Assembly: GCA_052169645.1 (NCBI GenBank)
Contig: JBQNCA010000004.1
Coordinates: forward strand, 25,801 to 89,800
DNA from: Anaerovoracaceae bacterium
GTDB taxonomy: Bacteria; Bacillota; Clostridia; Peptostreptococcales; Anaerovoracaceae
Length of the DNA: 64,000 bases
Direction of reading: 5' to 3'
The notes beneath the pieces are model-generated. The model was not told where the DNA came from. It saw nothing but the letters and a program-made list of their open reading frames with translations, and did not search any database. Positions 1-9,071 of this stretch are shown here, piece after piece. Position numbers and translations under genes: made by a program. Numbering within the stretch: position 1 is the stretch's first letter; every line of letters begins with the position of its first letter.

Positions 1-14
1 GCATTCTATTATAC

Positions 15-431
15 TCATGCTTCCGTCACTTCCTTTTCCTCGTGATTATTCATCCAATTTTCCACAGCTTCGACTATTTCTTTTCTGTTCATTCCCAGCT
101 GCTCAAGCTTCATAAAAAATTCTTCTATCAACTCGTCACTCATATTTTTCTTTATCAATACCAACATATCCGTATTCTCCGTCACAAATCTCCCGTTCGT
201 CCTTTCCGTGTGAAGCAATCCCTCTCGCTCCAATTCCGTAAATGCACGCTGTACCGTATTGGGATTTACTCCCGCCTCCAACGCCATTTCTCTGACCGCC
301 GGAATTTTACTGCCGGGAGGATATTTTCCATTTGCAATTGAAATCTTCATATAAGATATCAGTTGCATATATATGGGCATTCCACTTTTAAATTCCAATA
401 TATTCACTTCCTTCCTCAGATAATGATTCAA
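15..431 (-). CDS. GntR/YtrA-family transcriptional regulator
   Basis: 138-aa ORF. GntR winged-helix signature PIYMQLISYMKISIANGKYPPGSKIPAVREMALEAGVNPNTVQRAFTELEREGLL, with a short C-terminal tail as in the YtrA subfamily. Start uncertain: TTG at 431, or TTG at 398 which lies 9 nt after GAGGAAGGAAG. Confidence 0.85.
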   Translation of the reverse strand: MNHYLRKEVNILEFKSGMPIYMQLISYMKISIANGKYPPGSKIPAVREMALEAGVNPNTVQRAFTELEREGLLHTERTNGRFVTENTDMLVLIKKNMSDELIEEFFMKLEQLGMNRKEIVEAVENWMNNHEEKEVTEA

Positions 432-838
432 TTCGAATCCGCTTTTATTCTACAATACTGTATCGGTGTACCTATGTATTATTTAATTAATACAATGATA
501 CTATAGTGTGATTTCCTGCTATTGTCAATATATCATCAAAGAAATATTCTTATGTTGTTATTAATATTTCCTTACTATAAATTAATGTTCTGAAAATTAG
601 CCTGCAGCGGCACAGTTACAAGCGATATCATATGTCCACACTATAATCATTTTCACAAAACCTATTTATTATTATGCATTATTCACATAAATAATTGATA
701 TTACATTCAGGATTTCTTCATAATTACTACAAACTTATAATTCATAATAGCAGTAACTTGAAATTCAAGATACATGAAGCATCGATTCCGGGACTTTTGC
801 TTCATCAAAAATCTCATTATATAAGGAGGTATCATATT

Positions 839-1012
839 ATGAAAAATTATTCATCTCATAAAACGAAAATAGGAGCACTCGCCCTGGCTCTTATGTTGGC
901 AGCTGCTCCCGCAACAAATGCATTTGCTGCAAACGGTACGACAAACGATAAAACTGCAAATATCATATTTTCAAATTCAAGCATAAGCTCCGATAAAAAT
1001 AATAACGACTGA
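839..1012 (+). CDS. small secreted peptide precursor (hypothetical, 57 aa)
   Basis: ATG at 839 follows AAGGAGG with good spacing. Signal peptide KTKIGALALALMLAAAPATNAFA/AN. The mature part is an N/S/T/D-rich 28-mer. A rho-independent terminator follows. The upstream part of track ORF 695..1012 has no RBS. Confidence 0.5.
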   Translation: MKNYSSHKTKIGALALALMLAAAPATNAFAANGTTNDKTANIIFSNSSISSDKNNND

Positions 1013-1078
1013 TATTCTATAATCGGCTTTATCAGCTACACTGCTCTGAGCACCTATGTGTATCAGTTTGATATATAT

Positions 1079-1120
1079 GGCGGACGTCTCATTACATATG
1101 AGGCTTCCGCCGTTTTTTCG
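1079..1120 (+). terminator. rho-independent terminator after the small peptide gene
   Basis: GGCGGA..(loop)..TCCGCC stem followed by GTTTTTTCG. Confidence 0.6.
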
Positions 1121-1533
1121 TGTATCTTCTTCAAAATTGTCATCCTCTTACTCATTCGTTTCAGAATATTATTCAGCCTATACTTCTCACTTTCCTCTTA
1201 TGCAATGTACAAAATGAGCCGACACTATATATAGGGATTTCAACGGAATAATTTAAAGTGATTTTTCCGCTTGATTATTGCATTATTAATCTGTAAATAA
1301 TATAAATATAAAATATTTACGTTTAATTTACCTTGTTAGTCATAGGAATACGTTTCAGAAATTAACCCTCTGAAATACGATATCCGTACGATTGCAGGCA
1401 ATATGCCGCAAAAGAAAGTATTTCTTCATACGGGAAGAGTTTTCATTTCCTGAGACTGACAAATTTTAAAATAGGCATATATATTTATTGACAAAAAGCT
1501 TTATCTCTTTATTAACGAAAGGCCATGATTATC

Positions 1534-2055
1534 ATGAAAAAAATACTCATAGTAATAGACATGCAGAATGATTTTATAACCGGCTCTCTCGGAACTCCGG
1601 AAGCTGTGGCAATAGTTGACAATGTAAAAAATAAAATCAAACAGTATAATGCGACCGATATATTTTTTACTCGTGATACACATGAAGAAAACTATTCATC
1701 TACTTTGGAAGGACGCAATCTGCCTATATCTCACTGCATAAGGGGCAGTGAAGGCTGGCATATTCATCCCGAGATAGCAGAGCTTCTGGTCGGTGCTACC
1801 CGCATAGACAAGCCTTCCTTCGGAAGTGTGGAGCTGGGGCAGCTGCTCTCCGTAATAAATCGCAGAGAACCTCTTGAACTTGAGCTTATCGGATTATGCA
1901 CCGATATATGTATTATGGCGAATGCAATGGTGCTTTCCTCATTTATGCCCGAGGTTCCTATTACAGTAGATTCCTCCTGCTGCGCAGGTTCTTCTCCGGA
2001 GGCACATGACAGAGCTTTGGAATCCTTGCGTTCATGTTTGATAAATGTTATTTAA
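1534..2055 (+). CDS. cysteine hydrolase, isochorismatase/nicotinamidase family
   Basis: MKKILIVIDMQNDF (catalytic Asp region) and LIGLCTDICI (catalytic Cys). ATG at 1534 lies about 10 nt after GAAAGG. Confidence 0.8.
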   Translation: MKKILIVIDMQNDFITGSLGTPEAVAIVDNVKNKIKQYNATDIFFTRDTHEENYSSTLEGRNLPISHCIRGSEGWHIHPEIAELLVGATRIDKPSFGSVELGQLLSVINRREPLELELIGLCTDICIMANAMVLSSFMPEVPITVDSSCCAGSSPEAHDRALESLRSCLINVI

Positions 2056-2066
2056 AGGATTTACAT

Positions 2067-2654
2067 ATGAACGTTGATAAGACAAGCATAATAAAGGCGG
2101 AGCTGCGAAAATCCCTTCGCTCAAGATTGAAAAGCTTATCGGAAAACTCAAAATTAAAAATTGATACAGCCATATGTAGGCGAGTTATGGAGTTTGATAA
2201 ATATTTAAAAGCGGACACCGTATTTTTATACTGCGGAACAGATTGGGAAATAGATACCTTTCCTCTTATCAAAGCTTCTTTGAATATCGGAAAAAAAGTC
2301 GTGCTCCCGAAATGCACGGACAAGCTGCACATGGAAGCACGATATATAACATCCGTTGATGAATTAGTTCCCGGAATCTACGGTATCCCTGAACCGTCCG
2401 CCGACTGCCGGATATGCTCTCCCGAGAATATAGCTTTCGCTGCAATCCCCTGTATCGCATGTGATTCACGTTGCAGACGCTTGGGGCAGGGCGGCGGCTA
2501 TTATGACAGATTTTTAAAAAGCTCAATGTTTTATAAAGCTGCTCTTTGCAAAAGCGAAAGCCTTATTCCCGAGGTTCCGGTCAATGATTTTGACGAACCT
2601 GTGGACTGTGTGATTACCGAAAAAGAAATATTTTTCAGAACTTCAGATGATTGA
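2067..2654 (+). CDS. 5-formyltetrahydrofolate cyclo-ligase (MTHFS)
   Basis: GQGGGYYDRFL signature. ATG at 2067 lies 7 nt after AAAGGA. The earlier in-frame start overlaps the upstream gene. Confidence 0.85.
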   Translation: MNVDKTSIIKAELRKSLRSRLKSLSENSKLKIDTAICRRVMEFDKYLKADTVFLYCGTDWEIDTFPLIKASLNIGKKVVLPKCTDKLHMEARYITSVDELVPGIYGIPEPSADCRICSPENIAFAAIPCIACDSRCRRLGQGGGYYDRFLKSSMFYKAALCKSESLIPEVPVNDFDEPVDCVITEKEIFFRTSDD

Positions 2655-2698
2655 GACAATACATCATTACCTTCCCTTATCGATATTTTTATCGGTCT

Positions 2699-3979
2699 TT
2701 ACCGATGATTAAGGCAATATGCTCTTATCTCTCCGATATAGTACAGCGACCCGAAGGCGCATATTACCTCGTCGCTGTATTTTTTTATGCAATAATCTAT
2801 TGCCGAGCTTATACTTTCGCAGGCTTCAGACTCGCATCCTTTCCTTCGGATTTTATCGGCAAGCTCCCCTGCAGAAAGTGCTCTCGGATTCGGAGGGGTA
2901 ACGGTAAGGAAACGGGAAGCCGAAGGGATTATCGGCTTGAGCATTGCATCAATATCTTTATCCGCCAATACTCCCATGATAAAAGTTATGCGTTGCTGCG
3001 GGAATAAATCCGAAAGGCTTGCAGCCAATGCCTCGGCACCGTCGACATTATGAGCTCCGTCGATTATAACAATCGGTGATTTGTAAACAACTTCCAATCG
3101 TCCGTTCCAACGGGCGGCTTTTAATCCCGATTTCAATGCATGCTCCGAAATCATCATACCGCCCGCTCTCAAAACACTAACTGCGGAGATTGCCGTCAAC
3201 ACATTCATTATCTGATGTTTGCCCAACAGCGAAATTCGATATTCCGAGCCGTCCGGCAATCTGAAGCTTTGACCTTTTATATCCGAAGCAATAATATCGA
3301 CATTCTTTGTAGATACCTCGATAAGTGGAGCCTTTCTTTCATCGCAATAAAATTTTATAATTTCATTGACTTCCTGTCTCTGCCCGGCTGCAACCACGGG
3401 GCAGCCTTCCTTTATAATGCCCGCCTTTTCACCTGCAATTTCCTCTATTGTATGTCCGAGAAAATCCGTATGATCCGTTCCTATACGGGTAATAACAGAA
3501 ACTTCACTGCGTTTTATAATATTTGTAGCATCAAGCCTTCCGCCCATGCCCACCTCAAGAATAACGATGTCACATCCTTTTTCAAAAAAATACATAAACG
3601 CAACTGCCGTAACCATTTCAAATATGGTAGGCGCAGTATGCCCCGATGAGAGCATTCCTTCAACTGCAAGCTTTACACGCTCGGTCAGCCTCGCAAGATC
3701 ACTGCGTGAAATTTCTTCGTCGCCTATTCGTATACGCTCAGTAAAACGTTCTATAAAAGGTGAGGTATACAATCCGGTTTTATAGCCGGCATGTCGTAAG
3801 ACACTTTCCGTCATCGCCGATACGGATCCTTTACCGTTCGTACCTGCTATGTGAACATATTTTAATTTATCCTGAGGATTTCCCAAAAGCCTCATCAGCT
3901 CCGTAACAGCATCAAGCCCGGGTCTGGTCAGATTGTATATAGGATTTTTCAGAAAATCCACAGCTTCATCATAGGTCAT
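2699..3979 (-). CDS. folC: folylpolyglutamate synthase / dihydrofolate synthase
   Basis: HIAGTNGKGS P-loop and Mur-ligase-type layout. True start is MTYDEAVDFL at 3979, overlapping the folT stop as TGATG. The track ORF extends upstream only for lack of an in-frame stop. Confidence 0.9.
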   Translation of the reverse strand: MTYDEAVDFLKNPIYNLTRPGLDAVTELMRLLGNPQDKLKYVHIAGTNGKGSVSAMTESVLRHAGYKTGLYTSPFIERFTERIRIGDEEISRSDLARLTERVKLAVEGMLSSGHTAPTIFEMVTAVAFMYFFEKGCDIVILEVGMGGRLDATNIIKRSEVSVITRIGTDHTDFLGHTIEEIAGEKAGIIKEGCPVVAAGQRQEVNEIIKFYCDERKAPLIEVSTKNVDIIASDIKGQSFRLPDGSEYRISLLGKHQIMNVLTAISAVSVLRAGGMMISEHALKSGLKAARWNGRLEVVYKSPIVIIDGAHNVDGAEALAASLSDLFPQQRITFIMGVLADKDIDAMLKPIIPSASRFLTVTPPNPRALSAGELADKIRRKGCESEACESISSAIDYCIKKYSDEVICAFGSLYYIGEIRAYCLNHR

Positions 3980-4539
3980 CAATTCTGTTCCTTTACTGTA
4001 AACGCAAGCCTCGCACTCCTGAGAGCTTTTAAAAGTACATACATCATTCCTGCCTGTATGGGCCAAAAAATCAGGCATTTCAACATTCGCACCGGCAGCA
4101 TAATATACACCGCCTTGTGATAAAGTATGGAAAGCCAAAGAGTATTCATCCCCAAATCCACTACGAGCACGCATATAAATGTAGCAATAACAACTCTTTT
4201 CAGAGTGAGCGGCTTTTTATACATTGCAATTCCTATTATGAGAGTCATCACTATTGCCGATATCGTAAATCCTGCAAAAAAAGGCCCTGTCGGCTTTGCA
4301 AAATAGTTGATTATATCCATAGCCGCTCCCATTAGAGGTCCTACAACCGGTCCGAAAAGAGCAGCTCCCATCTCTATCGGGACATTCGCAAAATCAATCT
4401 TTACAGATTCCGTAACCTGCACCGAAAAATATCCCAACACCATGGAAATTGCTCCAAGCATGGCACAAACCGTAAAGGTTTTTACATTTTTCAGTTCCTC
4501 GGCTGAATTCCTGAATATAGTCGTAATTTTTTCAATCAT
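3979..4539 (-). CDS. folT: ECF transporter S component, folate family (FolT-like)
   Basis: Polytopic membrane protein of about 186 aa, translationally coupled to folC and preceded by a THF riboswitch. ATG at 4539 lies 7 nt after AGGAGA. Confidence 0.75.
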   Translation of the reverse strand: MIEKITTIFRNSAEELKNVKTFTVCAMLGAISMVLGYFSVQVTESVKIDFANVPIEMGAALFGPVVGPLMGAAMDIINYFAKPTGPFFAGFTISAIVMTLIIGIAMYKKPLTLKRVVIATFICVLVVDLGMNTLWLSILYHKAVYIMLPVRMLKCLIFWPIQAGMMYVLLKALRSARLAFTVKEQN

Positions 4540-4590
4540 AATAAATTCTCCTGAAAATATACTGCTTGCAGCCGCAACATCGCAACATAA

Positions 4591-4618
4591 ATTAAGAAAC
4601 CGCACATAAAAAGTGCGG
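4591..4618 (-). terminator. intrinsic terminator-like hairpin (expression platform of the THF riboswitch)
   Basis: Minus strand reads CCGCAC-TTTTTAT-GTGCGG followed by TTTCTTAATTT. It lies between the aptamer and the folT RBS. Confidence 0.5.
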
Positions 4619-4711
4619 CATCCTGCAAAGTCGGTACAGTCTGTGAACGCTCCGTACCGAGCTTAAAAAAGAGACAAAAATGAAAGCTATCATTCTTGTC
4701 CCGTTATATGA

Positions 4712-4822
4712 CAGTATTGCAGCGGGATGCGACCCATATACCGCAAGGCTTGCACCTTTTCGCCCGGATGACAACTCCCCGTCCACCCGATACTTAACGC
4801 ATATGAATCTACTCTTTAATGT
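4712..4822 (-). promoter_or_regulatory. THF (tetrahydrofolate) riboswitch aptamer, folT motif
   Basis: Minus strand reads AGAGTAG-ATTCATAT-GCGTTAAGT...GGTATATGGGTC-GCATCCCGCT. This matches the conserved AGAGUAG / GCGUUAAGU / GCAUCCGCU cores as I remember them from the published Eubacterium siraeum THF aptamer. P2 helix GATTCATAT/ATATGGGTC is intact. Position upstream of folT is as expected. Confidence 0.85.
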
Positions 4823-4868
4823 TGAAACGATAATTTTAATAATATAAAATTATCAGCTACAATTAATT

Positions 4869-4898
4869 ATTATAAGCTTCTAAACATCTATATATCAA
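4869..4898 (-). promoter_or_regulatory. candidate sigma-A promoter for the riboswitch-folT-folC unit
   Basis: Minus strand reads TTGATA-N18-TATAAT, about 40 nt upstream of the aptamer. Confidence 0.4.
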
Positions 4899-5100
4899 GT
4901 ATATTTTTGTTATTCGGCATAGTTTCGGAATAATTCTTCCTTATTATGGTTTTCGGAATAAATATTGTTGTTTTATTTTTCGGCATAACAATTACTTTTC
5001 CGCTCTCATCAGTGCCGCCGGCTGCCCTGCACATAAATTTGCTGCGCATTTACAATTATTGCGTTCTTGATTATTTCCCGTCATCCGGCATTTTTAAGCG

Positions 5101-5964
5101 TTAATTATTCTCAGATGCTCTGCGCTCAGCCGCTTCTATGACATGCTTCATCAATATGGCTGTAGTAACCGTACCGACTCCTCCCGGAACCGGAGTAAAA
5201 GCCTTTACATGTTTTTCGGCTGCGGCTCTGTCGGTATCTCCGCACATCTTTCCCTCGGAATCGAAATTTACGGCAACGTCAATTATTATTTGATCATCGC
5301 TCATCATATCTTCGGTAACTGTACCCGCATGTCCCGCCGCAGATATTATTATGTCCTTATCACGGCAAACCTCAGCCAGATTCCTTGTGCGTGTATGGCA
5401 TATTGTGACAGTTGCATTTCTCTTAAGCATCATCATTGCTACAGGCTTGCCTATAACCTGACTTCTGCCTATAACTGCTACATTCTTGCCCTCAGGCTCT
5501 ATACCGTAATGCTCCATCAATTTTATGCATGCCTCGGCTGTACACGGCGGATATCCCTTTTGCTCGGAGCCTTCATAAACCCCGAATTGAGATATATTTG
5601 TAATGCCGTCAACATCCTTTTCCGGCGCAAGAGTGTCTCTCACGACATTTTCATCTATATGAGAAGGCAAGGGAAGAAATATCAACACTCCGTGAACGGT
5701 TTCATCGGAATTTATGCTGTTAATTTCCTCTATGAGAAGCTCCTGATTTATATTTTCGGAATATTCATATTTCTTTATATCTATACCTGTCAGCTCCGCC
5801 CTTTTTATTGCGCCTCTCTCATAAGCCGAATCGTCGGGACGATCACCGAGTCGTACTATTCCCAAGGTCGGAACCGTACCTGCTTTTCTGAGTGCATCCG
5901 AACGCTGAGACAGCTCGGAATTGAGCGCCTCAGTCACTTCTTTTCCTGTAAGTATCTGTGCCAT
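5101..5964 (-). CDS. folD: bifunctional methylene-THF dehydrogenase / methenyl-THF cyclohydrolase
   Basis: 287 aa. ILTGKEV...PTLGIVRLGDRPDDSAY...PVPGGVGTVT pattern. RBS GGGAGG. Confidence 0.95.
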   Translation of the reverse strand: MAQILTGKEVTEALNSELSQRSDALRKAGTVPTLGIVRLGDRPDDSAYERGAIKRAELTGIDIKKYEYSENINQELLIEEINSINSDETVHGVLIFLPLPSHIDENVVRDTLAPEKDVDGITNISQFGVYEGSEQKGYPPCTAEACIKLMEHYGIEPEGKNVAVIGRSQVIGKPVAMMMLKRNATVTICHTRTRNLAEVCRDKDIIISAAGHAGTVTEDMMSDDQIIIDVAVNFDSEGKMCGDTDRAAAEKHVKAFTPVPGGVGTVTTAILMKHVIEAAERRASENN

Positions 5965-5991
5965 TTAATCCTCCCATGCGGCTCTGCTATT

Positions 5992-7671
5992 TTAAAATAA
6001 ACCGGTTATCCTGCCTTCAGAATCGACATCTATTCCTTCAGCTGCAGGAATTTTAGGTAAACCGGGCATGGTAAGTATATCTCCGGTCATAACTACTATA
6101 AATTCGGCTCCTGCATTCAGCTTTACACTCTTTACATTTATTCTGAATCCTTCGGGAGCACCCAAAAGGTCTTTGTCGTCGGAAAAGCTGTATTGTGTTT
6201 TTGCTATGCACACGGGAAGCTTTCCGTATCCGAAATCGGTCAAACGTGAAATTTCTTTTTTTGCGGCGGATGAAAAATCAACTCCGTCCGCTCTGTAAAT
6301 TTTCGCAGCCACAGCATTTATCTTATCTTCTATGGAAGCTTCCGTTTCATATGCAAAGGTGAAGTTACTGTCTTCATCGCAAAGCTTAACTACTTCTTTT
6401 GCAAGTGCAACTCCGCCTTCACCGCCTTTTGCCCAAACTTCGGACAATGCAACTCTCACACCAAGACGATTACATTCCTTTTCCACCAAATCAAGCTCTG
6501 CTTCGGTATCCGTGGGAAAAGCATTTATTGCAACAACAACCGGCAGTCCGTATACATTTTTAATATTGTCAACATGGCGAATAAGGTTCGGCAAACCCGC
6601 TCCTACAGCTTTTAAATCCTCGGTTCCAAGCTTATCCTTCGGAAGCCCGCCATGCATTTTAAGTGCACGAACCGTAGCAACGACCACTACGGCGTTCGGG
6701 CGCAGTCCCGCCTTTCTGCATTTTATATCAAGAAATTTTTCCGCTCCCAAATCAGCTCCGAAGCCCGCCTCGGTTATGATATAATCCCCCAGCTTCATTG
6801 CAATCCGTGTTGCCATAACGGAATTACACCCGTGAGCGATATTGGCGAAAGGACCTCCATGTATAAGTGCAGGATTGTGCTCAAGAGTCTGAACGAGATT
6901 CGGCTTCAAGGCATCTTTGAGCAAAGCTGTCATTGCCCCCTGAGCATTTAATTGAGCGGCGGTAACCGGCTCTCCGGCATAATTGCTTCCTATAACTATA
7001 TTTGAAAGCCTATGTCGCATATCGTCAAGACTGACCGACAGGCACAGAATCGCCATAATTTCACTTGCGACAGTTATATCGAAGCCTTCTTCACGCGGCA
7101 CACCGTGCGCTCTTCCCCCTAAACCGCATACCATATGACGCAGCTGGCGATCATTCATGTCCACACATCTCTTCCAAGTTATGCTTTTCGGATCTATCCC
7201 CAGACTGTTTCCTTGCTGCATGTGATTATCGATCATTGCCGCAAGCAGATTGTTTGCGGCGCTTATAGCATGCATATCACCTGTAAAATGCAGATTTATA
7301 TCCTCCATAGGCACTACCTGTGCGTATCCGCCTCCGGCAGCCCCGCCTTTCATTCCGAATACAGGCCCCAATGACGGTTCTCTCAAAGCAACAACCGTCT
7401 TTTTACCTATCAAATTCATAGCATCGGACAGCCCCACAGTAGTTGTCGTCTTCCCCTCTCCTGCAGGGGTAGGTGTCATTGCCGTCACCAAAACAAGCTT
7501 CCCGTCCTCGACAGCTTTACTCCGTTCATGCAAAATTTTATAGTCGATTTTTGCTTTATACTTTCCATAGCTCTCGATATACTCCTCCGGTATTTGAAGA
7601 CGCTCTGCAATCGAAGCTATCTTCTCCGGAACATTTTCCTGAGCTATACTGATGTCGGATTTAACTTCCAT
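5992..7671 (-). CDS. fhs: formate--tetrahydrofolate ligase
   Basis: 559 aa. [17 protein letters not shown]-loop, typical length and layout. Confidence 0.95.
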   Translation of the reverse strand: MEVKSDISIAQENVPEKIASIAERLQIPEEYIESYGKYKAKIDYKILHERSKAVEDGKLVLVTAMTPTPAGEGKTTTTVGLSDAMNLIGKKTVVALREPSLGPVFGMKGGAAGGGYAQVVPMEDINLHFTGDMHAISAANNLLAAMIDNHMQQGNSLGIDPKSITWKRCVDMNDRQLRHMVCGLGGRAHGVPREEGFDITVASEIMAILCLSVSLDDMRHRLSNIVIGSNYAGEPVTAAQLNAQGAMTALLKDALKPNLVQTLEHNPALIHGGPFANIAHGCNSVMATRIAMKLGDYIITEAGFGADLGAEKFLDIKCRKAGLRPNAVVVVATVRALKMHGGLPKDKLGTEDLKAVGAGLPNLIRHVDNIKNVYGLPVVVAINAFPTDTEAELDLVEKECNRLGVRVALSEVWAKGGEGGVALAKEVVKLCDEDSNFTFAYETEASIEDKINAVAAKIYRADGVDFSSAAKKEISRLTDFGYGKLPVCIAKTQYSFSDDKDLLGAPEGFRINVKSVKLNAGAEFIVVMTGDILTMPGLPKIPAAEGIDVDSEGRITGLF

Positions 7672-7831
7672 AACTCCTCCGTTTCATCTAAGAAATAACA
7701 GATAATAAAAAATATATTTTCAAGCTTGCTTTATTAAACATGTAACCACAGTCCCGACAATATATTTCGTCTATATAAACACATATATTACTTGCCTGCT
7801 TCATCACATATGACAGCAGCCCCAATCCGTT

Positions 7832-8389
7832 TTAAAAAACGGCTTCCGCAGCAATCCGCTTCAAAACGGCTCCGTCATTCAAGCTTTTCAGAATAAAGCT
7901 TCCATTTTCAAATATTATATATGAGTTTACACTTCCGCCCTTAGGAATGGATACAGAACCGGGATTGATATGATAATATCCGTCATACTTATCCAATACG
8001 GGAATATGTGTATGCCCGGTAGCTATCACATCAAATTCTACAAACGGAGGAAGATTAACGGGGTTGTAATTATGCCCGTGAGCTGCAAATATCCTTATGC
8101 CGTCGGCTTCTATAATTTCATAGCTGTTCATAATAGGAAATTCCAAAACCATCTGATCCACCTCGGAATCACAATTTCCCCTTACAGCGATAATTTTAGA
8201 TTTAATGGAATTTAATTTTTCTAAAGTTCTTTTTGTATCATAATCCAAAGGTAAATTGTTGCGAGGTCCGTGATACAGCAAATCCCCAAGCAGCAGTACC
8301 TTATCAGGTTTTTCCGCAGCATAAGCCTCCAGCAATTTTCCGCTCCATTCCGCAGATCCGTGTATGTCGGACGCAATAAGAATTTTCAA
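7832..8389 (-). CDS. metallophosphoesterase, YfcE/MJ0936 family phosphodiesterase
   Basis: MKILIASDIHGS...LLGDLLYHGPRN...GNCD...GHTH motif set. TTG start lies 7 nt after AGGAGG. Confidence 0.8.
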   Translation of the reverse strand: MKILIASDIHGSAEWSGKLLEAYAAEKPDKVLLLGDLLYHGPRNNLPLDYDTKRTLEKLNSIKSKIIAVRGNCDSEVDQMVLEFPIMNSYEIIEADGIRIFAAHGHNYNPVNLPPFVEFDVIATGHTHIPVLDKYDGYYHINPGSVSIPKGGSVNSYIIFENGSFILKSLNDGAVLKRIAAEAVF

Positions 8390-8552
8390 GGCTTTACCTC
8401 CTGTTTTGATTGAGCTGTGAATTGAAAACCTATTCTATAACTACGGTTACCGTAAATACATAAGCGGTTTTAATCAAGCTGTAAATTGAACAACGTTACA
8501 CTGCCCTAAAATATCATGTGATGAAATTTTAATCCTCACACTCAAGCAAAAT

Positions 8553-8584
8553 ATAATCCTTACATAATACTTTGTAAGGATTAT
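8553..8584 (-). terminator. 12-bp perfect hairpin, terminator-like on the minus strand
   Basis: ATAATCCTTACA-(8 nt)-TGTAAGGATTAT, followed on the minus strand by ATTTTGCTT. It lies inside the 680-bp yfcE/ABC intergenic gap. Confidence 0.35.
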
Positions 8585-9071
8585 TCGGAACATTCATAAA
8601 GCAAACTGTCCCCTTAACTTCAAAATTATTTCTCCGCATTTTAATATACCATAATAACAGCTCCAAAGCTTTACATAAAATGAAAATTTCAATTTTACTT
8701 TTATGTGATTTAAAATTATGTGTCACATTTAAAAGTTCTTATATAAAAAAATTTAAAAGCTTTTTACAAATTTACAGTTATACGATATTTTCAGTGCTGA
8801 AAAACGATATATTTTACTTAAACACTTGAATTTACAAGTTTTAATTAAATTTAATCATATTTTTTCTATTTTAAGTATTAAAAATATAAAATTTTCCTTA
8901 ATAAATAATATATATTTTATTTGTATATTTATATAATATATTTATATTTTTTATTTTAAATTAGTTTAATTTAAATTATATTGACAATTCACATAATATT
9001 TATTGAGCTGACATCCATATTTATGGAAATTTAACTTGATGACAGAATCATGTTGCAAAAAAGGGAATTAA

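Noticed and set aside
425-445. A TTCGAATCC string resembling a tRNA T-loop.
   Set aside because: There is no preceding GG, no acceptor, D or anticodon arms, and it overlaps the regulator's start region.
3980-4174. N-terminal 65 codons of track ORF 2699..4174 (folC extension).
   Set aside because: The extension overlaps the folT 3' end in another frame. The canonical FolC N-terminus starts at MTYDEAVDFL, with a TGATG coupling to folT.
5143-6000. 285-aa plus-strand ORF antisense to folD.
   Set aside because: It mirrors a clearly identified gene, its composition is biased (Y/C/I/F-rich), and it has no RBS or recognisable motif. The same reasoning applies to the antisense ORFs at 6332-6784 and 7250-7543.
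8529-8726. 65-aa ORF in the AT-rich gap.
   Set aside because: It has no RBS and reads through a 12-bp terminator-like hairpin. Its composition is typical of random AT-rich ORFs. It is kept only as context for the small-transcript hypothesis.
8730-9071. Cobalamin riboswitch or Fur box upstream of the FecCD-type ABC importer.
   Set aside because: No B12-box-like GC-rich element and no convincing GATAATGATAATCATTATC-type palindrome. Only a weak ATGA..TCAT dyad near 9035-9050.
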